A stretch of 27,287 nucleotides of DNA, from assembly GCA_040384765.1 (NCBI GenBank), contig JAZKIQ010000001.1, forward strand, positions 160,168 through 187,454, in the 5' to 3' direction. Numbering within the stretch: the stretch's first letter is position 1; every line of letters begins with the position of its first letter. Below, one piece after another: positions 1 to 9,400 of this stretch. The notes beneath the pieces are model-generated. The model did no database searches. It was given only the letters and a program-made list of their open reading frames with translations, and was not told the DNA's origin. This stretch comes from Patescibacteria group bacterium (GTDB lineage Bacteria; Patescibacteriota; Minisyncoccia; Phycocordibacterales; JBBUBG01). The position numbers were made by a program, and so were the translations under genes.

Positions 1-179
1 TCGAGGTCGTGGTGATCTTCTGATCTGTACCCCTCGACATAGCCATAGTCTACGGGGTAGGTAACGCCCTTTAGTGGATAGGTGTTCCACACAGGGTCGT
101 TCTCGGTCTCAAAAGATTTATAGCTCCCCTTCGGGTTTTCAATAACAATCTTCAGATGATCGCGAATCGATTTTTCCAT
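1..179 (-). CDS. Family I inorganic pyrophosphatase-like protein, N-terminal part (runs off the window)
   Basis: Not in the ORF track. ATG at 179 gives MEKSIRDHLKIVIENPKGSYKSFETENDPVWNTYPLKGVTYPVDYGYVEGYRSEDHHDL(D/E). IExPKGS and YPxDYGY match family I PPases. Starts 10 bp after the DUF2339 stop. Confidence 0.7.
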   Translation of the reverse strand, partial: MEKSIRDHLKIVIENPKGSYKSFETENDPVWNTYPLKGVTYPVDYGYVEGYRSEDHHDL

Positions 180-189
180 AGATAGTTCA

Positions 190-2391
190 CTACTCCACGC
201 GAATGAATTCAAGAATCTGCGCTTTGTAGCGGTTGTACAGATATCCAACCAAAAGAAGGATCACACCGAGCGTCATGAAGGAGATGAAGCGATAGAAAGA
301 GGAAAGCCCGAGCGAGTCGTACAGAAACACTTTTGCAATAACGAGTGCGCACAAAGAGATGCCGAACACTCGTGCCGTGCCAAGCCTCTTCCAGATGCCA
401 ACCACAAGCACCAGAAGTGCATACAAGAGCCACGCTACGGACAAGCTCACCTGCTTCATATTTTCAATAGACCGATTGTCTCCGCCAGACACACGCAGCT
501 GCGTAAAGTACGTGGTAATTTCGAGCGAGATGAGCGCGAGCATACTGCCGTGGAAAAGGAGCGCCAAGATTGCTATTTCGGAAGAGAGGCCAGTGGCAGA
601 GGCATCGGCGGCCATGCGGGAGCGCCAGCCTACGAGCGTATTAGCTGCAGCGAGAGCGAGGATAAGGAGCAGGAGGGTACGAGTATTGAGGAGCACTGGC
701 ATCGCACCATAGTCTGAAACTCCCACGACCCACCAGAGCGAGAGTATATATCCTCCAAGTGCTGCTATGCGGAAGCTTTCGTCACGAAACAGTATCGCTA
801 CAGCACCTGCGACAAACCCATAGATCGTAAAGATAAGCGGCAGCCACAAGAAACCGTAAAATTGCTTCACTTCGGATGAAGCCACGGCGGCAAGGAGCAG
901 AAGCGCAGCATGTGCCGCAAGGAGATGTGCTCCCTCGTCTGCTTCGCCAATGACACCCTCTCGAGAACTCCAATAGAGATACGAGATCGCCCCCAAACAG
1001 AGTGCGAGAACGAGGCCCGGCAGGAAGCGATCGTTGAGAAACGCCGACTGCACAGACACAAACAGATCGACGAGCACGAAACGAGAAAGTGCAATGACCG
1101 CCAGGGCACTTCCCACCTGCCTGAGGCGCTTGGAGCCAAGCTGAAAACCGAGCGCCACAAGCACAAGCGCCTTTACACTCCAAAGCATTGTGATCACGTA
1201 CGCCTTAAACTGGATCGGGATTGCGATAGCAAGTAGTGCGAGACCCATACCGATCATACTTTGGCGATACGCTGTCGTGCGCTCATCAGAAAGCCCAAAC
1301 ACGGACCCAAGCAAGATATGAAATATGCCGAGAAGCGCTATCACCCCGCCAGTCACATCTGGATAGAGCGGGTTGAGGATTGCGTAGAATATCCCAAAAA
1401 CAAACGAAGCATTTGCGATGGGAAGCGCTACATTGAACTCACTTTTAAGATCTCGAGCACTCGCAGCGGTAAACACAGTTACCCCGAGGAAAAGGGCACC
1501 GTATACAGAAGCCCACACCAGCGCATAGGTCCAGTATGCCGAAGAGTATGCACCTCCAAACCAAGAAACATACCAGAGAATGGTCCCGAAGAAGCTTACC
1601 AACTCAAGATCGCGCCATGAACGGAAGCGAGCGATTGTGAGGAGGCCTGCGTTCAAAATAAGCAGGTACACAAACATCTGGGTCGGGAGCTGCAGCTCGT
1701 ATCCACCAAACATAAGCGGGGCCAGGAGGCCACCAAGCGAGGCGTAGAGCGCGAGATACTGCGCTCCCAGCATAACGGCGAGCCATACTCCGATTGCGGT
1801 AATAAGGCCTGCGATGATATACGCAAAATCTTGTCCTATGAAATGGTAGTAGTTGAACGATGCAAAGTTGGAAAGGTGCCAGACGCCAAGACCTGTTCCC
1901 ACGAGCACCTGCGCATACGCAAAGTAGCGGCCTCGAAGCCACATGCCGAGTGCGACAAGCACAATTCCGCCCACCACCCCAAGCGCAACACGCATCGATT
2001 CAGACAAAAGACCCGCCTGAATTGCATACTGAAGAAAAAAGCCAGTTCCGAGCAACACGGCAAGGCCGCCAATGCCGGTGAATATCTTGCTTCCAAATTT
2101 GTATTCGAGCGCACCTTCTTGCGAAGAAGGTGCCGGCACTACGGAAGGCGCAGAAAAAGCGGCGGGTGGAGGTGGCGGCACCATCGCAGCAGCGAGAGGC
2201 TGACCCACTTCCGATGGCTGCTGCGCACGATCACCCTCTACGCGCAGCTCTGCAAACGAAGCTTGCTTTTGGGGCCCCTGGCCGCGAAGCGCTGCGATCT
2301 CGCGCTTCATTGCGTCATGTTCATCGAGAAGATAGACCGACCGGCGCCAAAGACCAAATACGCATGCGAGCAAAATGAGTGAAAGGAGCAT
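190..2391 (-). CDS. DUF2339-type multi-pass membrane protein (~733 aa)
   Basis: Short N-terminal TM and coiled coil, Pro-rich linker, then LEYKFGSKIFTGIGGLAVLLGTGFFLQYA, many TM helices, and C-terminal KVFLYD...RFISFMTLGVILL. ATG 2391 preferred over 2412 because it lies 6 nt after an extended -10 (TGCTACCAT). Confidence 0.8.
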   Translation of the reverse strand: MLLSLILLACVFGLWRRSVYLLDEHDAMKREIAALRGQGPQKQASFAELRVEGDRAQQPSEVGQPLAAAMVPPPPPAAFSAPSVVPAPSSQEGALEYKFGSKIFTGIGGLAVLLGTGFFLQYAIQAGLLSESMRVALGVVGGIVLVALGMWLRGRYFAYAQVLVGTGLGVWHLSNFASFNYYHFIGQDFAYIIAGLITAIGVWLAVMLGAQYLALYASLGGLLAPLMFGGYELQLPTQMFVYLLILNAGLLTIARFRSWRDLELVSFFGTILWYVSWFGGAYSSAYWTYALVWASVYGALFLGVTVFTAASARDLKSEFNVALPIANASFVFGIFYAILNPLYPDVTGGVIALLGIFHILLGSVFGLSDERTTAYRQSMIGMGLALLAIAIPIQFKAYVITMLWSVKALVLVALGFQLGSKRLRQVGSALAVIALSRFVLVDLFVSVQSAFLNDRFLPGLVLALCLGAISYLYWSSREGVIGEADEGAHLLAAHAALLLLAAVASSEVKQFYGFLWLPLIFTIYGFVAGAVAILFRDESFRIAALGGYILSLWWVVGVSDYGAMPVLLNTRTLLLLILALAAANTLVGWRSRMAADASATGLSSEIAILALLFHGSMLALISLEITTYFTQLRVSGGDNRSIENMKQVSLSVAWLLYALLVLVVGIWKRLGTARVFGISLCALVIAKVFLYDSLGLSSFYRFISFMTLGVILLLVGYLYNRYKAQILEFIRVE

Positions 2392-2442
2392 GCCCTCATG
2401 GTAGCACAGCAATAGACCACTCCCAGCTCGTACCAGAACCCC

Positions 2443-3390
2443 CTACTGCACCTTCTCAAGATATCCTCCCGCGTCGAACGATACCGTTCCTAGCTGCGAA
2501 GCGTACATATTTCCAAAAAGAGAGAGGAGGAGCACGCCGACCACGAGAGCGCCGTTCCAAGCGAGGCGTGGATGAACCGTATGCTTGCGATGCCATACGA
2601 GGAAAAAGAGTGCGAAGAGGAAGATTGCAACAAAGCCCGCATACGCGTACGAAAGCGCGTGGCGCGGTGAGGAGGCGAGCACCGCCGCCTCTGGGCGTGG
2701 GGTAATCTGCGAAAGCGCAGGAACTACTGTTTCGGCTCGAGCATTTTCCTCGACGTGCTCAAACAAAGGCGCTGCGGCCCGCGAAGGGGTAGCCGCTTTC
2801 TCTGCCAGAGCAATCGCCCTCTCTTTTGTCCCGAGCATCTGCACCACAAAGGTGGCAGGCCTGCCGAGGTAGATGCCCTCAGCGATCCCTATCCCAACAT
2901 CTTCAAACTCTTTTTTAACGATATTGTCACGGTGCTCGGGCGAGGCCATCCAGGCACGCTGCACATCGATAGAGTCGGTATAGTTTACCGCCAGATTCTC
3001 CCCTGCATAGCTGTAGCTATAGCCTACCTTCTCGAGCCAGCTCCAAGGGGTCGCTCCGCTCGGGCTCTCATGCGCAAAATAGCCATTCGCCGCCATATCG
3101 TCGGCCTTCATCTGGGCAGCGCGCGAAAGGAGTGGGTCAAGCGTAAGCGAAGGTGCTTCGGCCTCAGCACGATCAGCGTTTGCAAGATCTACAAGCGCTC
3201 TCGAAAAAACAGATGCTCCGGAAAAAAGACTCGGCACCAGGTTAAAGACGTGTGCGCCAAGAAAACTTTCGGAGACGAGCACCACCATGAGAAACGCAAA
3301 AGCGAACTCAGTGCGCAAGATATGCGGTCGATGCCCGTTGCGCCGATGCGGTACAAGATGATCCCGAAAATGCGAGAAAAAATCTTTCAT
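2443..3390 (-). CDS. Membrane-anchored CAP (SCP/YkwD-like) domain protein
   Basis: CAP motifs LSRAAQMKADDM..GYFAHESP, AGENLA, WMASPEHRDNI, VGIG. One N-terminal and two C-terminal TM segments. Confidence 0.88.
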   Translation of the reverse strand: MKDFFSHFRDHLVPHRRNGHRPHILRTEFAFAFLMVVLVSESFLGAHVFNLVPSLFSGASVFSRALVDLANADRAEAEAPSLTLDPLLSRAAQMKADDMAANGYFAHESPSGATPWSWLEKVGYSYSYAGENLAVNYTDSIDVQRAWMASPEHRDNIVKKEFEDVGIGIAEGIYLGRPATFVVQMLGTKERAIALAEKAATPSRAAAPLFEHVEENARAETVVPALSQITPRPEAAVLASSPRHALSYAYAGFVAIFLFALFFLVWHRKHTVHPRLAWNGALVVGVLLLSLFGNMYASQLGTVSFDAGGYLEKVQ

Positions 3391-3410
3391 TCATCTTTAG
3401 TATACATTTC

Positions 3411-3454
3411 GTACAACAAAAAATCCCCCACTTGTGGGGGATTTTTTGTTGTAC
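3411..3454. terminator. Perfect 20-bp inverted repeat; intrinsic terminator for the giant surface protein gene, usable in both directions
   Basis: GTACAACAAAAAATCCCCCA-cttg-TGGGGGATTTTTTGTTGTAC, with A and T tracts on either side, 13 bp beyond the stop at 3468. Confidence 0.85.
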
Positions 3455-3467
3455 TACAAGTCCAATA

Positions 3468-6400
3468 CTAGCGAGACGAAAGAGGTGACGAGACGCTCTG
3501 GCTTACTTTCGCACCCAAGTTGAGCATTGCGCGTGTCTTTGGACCTACAAGGCCGAGTGCATCGATACCGTGCTTTTTCTGATAGAGACGGAGGGCAGCT
3601 CGAGTAACCGGACCGAAATAGGTCGTGAAATCTCCCTTAAAGAATCCTTCTGCTGCAAGAATCTTCTGGAGCTCTTTCACATCCGTGCCACGTGAGCCAA
3701 ACGAGAGCCCTCGAGTAAAGCGAAAGATCGATACACCAAGCACTGCACCTTGAGGTGCGGATGGAGCCTGAGATACGCTCTGTGCTGGCTGGGATGGCTG
3801 TGGTGTCGTGAATGTCGCGCCTGCGGTTGACCCGCCACCTCCGCCACCACCACTCTGAGATACTGGGCCGTTGCCTCCGCCTACTGATGCGCCGCCAAGC
3901 GATGCTGGAAGCGGCTCAAGCTGGCCGAATGCAGTGAGGTGGTACGTTACGATCTTTGTCTGCGTGCTGTTTGCAATGTAGCACTCACCTGAGAAGACAG
4001 GTGACACTGGTGCTGCAAAGCTGCCACTACACTGATTCATTGCTACCCACGAACTTGAGCCTGCAGGCTTGTATGCCGCCGGGCCACTAGCGGTAGGCAT
4101 GATGATCGTTACCGGCTTCGAGAAGAAGATTGGTACCGATGCTCCGACAAACACCTGGTCGTTTACCTTGAAACCTGCTGGTCCTTGGATACCTACCGTG
4201 TTCACAAAGCGCTCTGGGGCGATAGTGCCGTCCCAGCCACTCGAAGAGAAGATCGCTGTGCCGTCTGGAATAGAGACCGAAGCTCCTGGGAAGTCAGCAT
4301 TGGTAAACGTAACCGGTACATCTGGCGTACCCGATTCAAGGACAACCGCTTTCTCGATCGTTAGCGTCTGATCACCTGTCGTAAGCGTCGTGAGGTTTGC
4401 GCCAACAAGGTCTCCTGTCGTGATCGAGCCGATCGACTGCGATGCGCCACTGAGAGTGATCGAGCCTGCCGAAAGTGTGCTTGCACCTCCCGAAAGATCC
4501 ACCACCGTAGCATTGCTCAAACCAACCACCGTAATCCCCGGAGGAAGATCTGCGGCACCTGCAGTCGGTGAATCGAATGAAGCGTTGCTCCCGTTTGTGG
4601 AGAGAGTGCTTCCTGAAGTCGCAAATACCGTAAAGGTCTGGTTATTTGTTATGCGAGTGTTTGTACTTGGATCAACACAAGAGAACGCAAGCGTATGTAC
4701 ACCTGTGACAAGCGGACCAATAGCTTGTGAGTGAGAGACGCCTCCTGTCGTTGCCATCGTACTCGTTGCAAAGTCGAGACCGTACGAACAGATAGCTGTT
4801 TCGTCGGTACTGAGAGCAAGAGTAAGTGTCGTTGCCGTACTTACTGAAGGCTGCGGATTCGTAATGGTAACTACTGGCGCAACAGAGTCGAAGGTAATGG
4901 CAGTGCGCGTGATCGTTACCGAAGCGTTGCCTACGGCATCCGTGCCATCAAAGGCGACTGAGTACTGGCCCTTCTCTACGAGCGTCTGGGCAACTGCACA
5001 TCCGTTTACCGTGTCTGCAAGGTTAAGCGCATGTGCTCCTGCGTTCTTCGCTGTACCAACAAGTGCACACGAGTGGGGAGATCCTGCATCTGCGGTGCCT
5101 CCTGTGTTCGTGAGAAGAATCGTACCCGAAGCGATGTTCTCAGAAAGCGTATACGTAATCTGAGAAGCCGTCGTTACGTTGTTGATGAATGCGCTGTTTG
5201 CTGGCGCTACTGGGGTGAATGTCGGAAGAACTACATCCTTCACACTTGGCGCTGTTGCTGCAGTGCTTATGTTACCTGCACCATCAGTAAGGGTTACCGA
5301 GAAGGTAAGGGCGCCATCTGCAAGAGTCGAGAGATTGATAGCTGCTACGGAAAGTGCGCCGCCAGCAGTGAGAGTAGAGGTGTTCGCCACAACTCCAGCT
5401 CCGCTGTCAGTAATCGTATAGGTTGCAACGGTACTCCCTTCTCCTGTTCCGGTCAGTGAACCTGCCGTTACATTTCCCGCGTTTACCGGATTCGTAACTA
5501 CAATTACAGGGACCGCTGGCGCAACCGTATCCTGCACGACAGCCGGAAGCACTGTTGCTGCACTTACGTTACCTGCAGCATCGGTAGCAATCACCGAAGG
5601 AAGCACTACACCATCCACAAACGCACCCGGAAGAGCAGTGGTGCCGTCAACTGAGATGGAGAATGCGGTCGCACCCAGAGTGAGCTGCTGGGTCGCATTT
5701 TTTGCATTTGCCGAAACATCGGTAAGCGTTGCGCTTACGAGTGCATCTGCCTCTGCAGTTCCAGCCACAAGAATTGCTGCTTTTTCTGCATTGTTAATTT
5801 TGTTGTCCGTCGCGATCGAGCTTACCGTAGGCGCTGCTGGTGCCACGGTATCAAGGGTGAGCGAGAGAGCAGCCGAAGCAACACTTACGTTTGTTGCAAC
5901 GTCGGTGATCGTTGCCGTAATTGACTTGACACCATTCGCACCGAGCTGTGTCGTTGCTACGTTGAAGCTATAAGTACCCGCTGCCTCAGGCGCGGTAAGC
6001 ACATGGGTAAGTGGAGCTGGAAACGCAACACCTCCGAGAAGAAGCTTGAGCGTGTCCCCTGCTACCGCACCCGTGCCAGCGAGCGACACAACTACGGGGA
6101 ATCCTGCGATCTCTTCTGCGGCATTGATAAACGGACCCGCTGCTGCCGTAGGCGCTGCTGGCGCCGTAGGCGCAGTGGTGTCGATGATAATATCGTGGCC
6201 AGTTGCAATTGCCCCTGGTACTGGGAGGGTAAGCGTTGCGGGGTTTGCGGCACCGTCGTTGATCGTGCCACCTGCGAGCGTGAGTGAACCCGTCCCTGTG
6301 TAATCAAGATCTGCTGATGTGTTACCTGCAGCTACGGTATAGCGGAACACAAGGCTATTGCTTCCCGTACCCGAGAGGTAGTTTGCCGAGCCGCCCGAGT

Positions 6401-9400
6401 TGAGAGCAAGCGTTGGCGTACCTGCTACGACAACATTCTCCGAAAATCCAATCGCCACATCAACCTGCGTGCCTATTGTGTACGCTCCGTTTGCTGGTGA
6501 TGTGATGTCGATTGAGGAGACTGTTGGTACTGTCGTGTCGATCACAATCTGCGAGGTTGCCGCAAGGTTTGATACTGGAGTGAAATCTGAAACAGTATTT
6601 GCTGCTGCGTCATTAACGGTGCCAGAGATGCCGGTCGTCGTGAGGTCGGCTGAAGTTTGTGCACCAGCAACCGTGTAGCTGCATCCACCGCTTGCTGCAC
6701 CCGATATCGAGAATGAACAGCTACCACCGGTATCGAACGAGACAATCACTGAGCCTGTCGAAGTGACTGCTTCCGAGAAGGTCACCGTTACAGGCACTAC
6801 CTGGCCCACGGTATACGAGCCATTCCCAAGCGAGCTCGTTACCGAGAGGATCGTTGGAGCTGTCGTATCAACCGTAAACGCTGTTACAGCGAGTGCCAAG
6901 CTTGGGTTGCCAGCTGCATCACTTACCGTCACCGTACAGTTGCTGTACGCAGCATCGGCGAGCGTATTAAACGTGACACTGTTTGCCCCAAGTGCTGCTG
7001 CCGTAGTGACGCTTGCGCAGCTACCTCCGTATACGATAGTGCCCACCTCGGTCGTGCTGAAGCTGTAGCTTGGCGTGTTGTCATTCGTTGGGGTCGCAAT
7101 CGGTGCAATCTGCAAGAGTACCGGCGCTGTCTTGTCGAAGGTTACAATCGAGGCGTCTGTGGTAGAAACAACAGCCGTGCCAGCGTTACCCGCGAGATCA
7201 GAAAACGCTATCGAAAAATCGATCGCTGGGTCGTTAGACTGCGCACCCGTCATCGTAAACGATGCCGAGTATGCATTGCCTCCAAGTGAAGAGATCGTGG
7301 CTACCTGGCCAGCAATCGTTGCCGATGGGGTGCTGATCGCTTCATTCGAAGTAAAGAGCACAGTCACGAGATCGCTCACTTTCGCGAGAGCAGTGTTGTT
7401 TGAGTTGTTCGAGGCAATCGTTACCGACGAAAGTGCTGGAACGATGTTGTCTACGACAAAGGTATCACCTGCTGTTGGCACCGCTGTGATTGGGTTTCCT
7501 GCGAGGTCTGTACCGACAGAGAGGGCGATCGTTGCTGCGCCATTGCCCGCACCAACCGTGTGCCCATACGACGCATGGGTCGTATCAGCGTACGTCATGT
7601 CGGTAGCCCCAAGTGTGTTTGCACCCGAGATGGCAACTTTTGTGTTGGTAACCGCCATCACTTCGTTGAACGTAGCGGTGATCGTGAGCACTGCGCCAGA
7701 CTTTACCGGGTTTGCTGTCGAGTAGCCGATCGAAGCCGTTGGGGCAGCAGTATCAAGCGTAAACGAAAGTGCCGCTGATGTGGCGCCCACGTTTCCTGCA
7801 GTATCGGTCAGCCGAGCAGTAATAGCCTTTGCTCCATCGACACCGAGCTCGGTGCCAGCAAAGGTAAATGCGTAACTTGGTGCTGCTGCTTCTGGGCCAG
7901 TAAGTACGTGTGTTTGAGGTGTTGGAAATGCAACGCCGCCAAGGAGAAGCATCACCGTGTCACCCGTGAGGGTTCCCACAGGAAGCGGCACAGTGATGGT
8001 AAGACCGGCGATCTTTTCTGCGCTATTTACAAATGCGTCCGAGCCAGTTGGTGTGGCAGGAGCCGTGGGAGCTACCGTGTCTTTTGTAAGAGCGAGGGTG
8101 ATCGTGGTCACGTTGAGAGCCACATCTGTATCTCGGAGCGAAAGCGTGAAGCCCACTTCGCCAAGCGCGGTAAAGCCAGGAACATCAGTAAGTGTTGTCG
8201 CTCCCGATACGCATGCTACCGACGTAGTGAAGTTGTCGATCGAGCAGAGGGGCGCCGTTGGCTCGGTGTTCGTAAAGGAGATCACTGCTGAACCCTGAAC
8301 ACGAGCCGCCACAGCTGGGGCCGTGAAGGCAAGGACTGGCGCTGTGTTATCTACGGTAAGGGTTGCTGTCGATGCAACTGAGATGTTTCCGGTTGAATCA
8401 AGTACGAACAGCTTATACGCACCAGCAGTTGCAGGGGCAAGGATCGTTGTGGCAACTCCGTCTGCGGCTTTCGTCATTGTTGCACCCGCAACAAATACAG
8501 TGGTTCCTGAAGGAGCAAACCAAACATTGTTTGTTACCTCTCCGGAAGAAACAATCGTTACCGCCACTCCGCCCTGCTTGGTCATGCTTCCTGGAAATAC
8601 AGTGTCCTGGTTTGCAGGAGGGGTAACATCTACTACCGTTGCGGCAAAGGTAAACGGTGTGCCAGCTACAGCTGCAGTACAGGTAACCGTTGTGCCACCA
8701 GTATTCGCGCAGTTTACCGCGGCGTCTGCATCAATTTTAGTAGCGAGATCTGCTACCACTACAGCAACAGTCTCTACTCCAACTACCGTGTGAACATAGT
8801 TGTTTCCTTCTACGGTCGCTTTAAATGTCTCTCCGTCGGTTGGCAGTCCTGGAGTAAATGTCACCTGCTGGGCGCGAGTACCGTAGATTGCATCTTCGAG
8901 AGTGAGCGCACCATTCATAGCACCGCCACCTTTCACGGTTCTCGTGAAAGTAAGATCTGCCCCCGAAGGATTCGTCACCGTGTAGTTTTTGCCAACAAAA
9001 CCATCAGCTGCGATCGTCGCTGCAATCTGGTTTGCCGTGCGGGCAATAGTGCCAAGGTCGAAGGCAACTCCGTCTATCGTAATGAGATGGTCAGTGGCGT
9101 TCGAAGAGAGGCCAGCAGGGATCGTGATCGTTACGGAAGCAGCTACTGCATCACTTTTTGTATAAGAGGCATCTGCAATCACGACGGAGCCATTTCCGGC
9201 TACTCCGTTGGCAGTTTTTGTGAATGTTACGTTAGCACCAGTTGCGACTGCGCCATAGCCAACTCCAGAAAAGTCAGCAGCATCTATGGTGGCGGCAATC
9301 TGCGCAGGAGTCTGGTCTGCTGTCCCAAGATCAATAACAATTCCATCAATAGTTATCGATCGATCAGCCGTAGTACTTCCAAGAAGACCATCAATAATAG

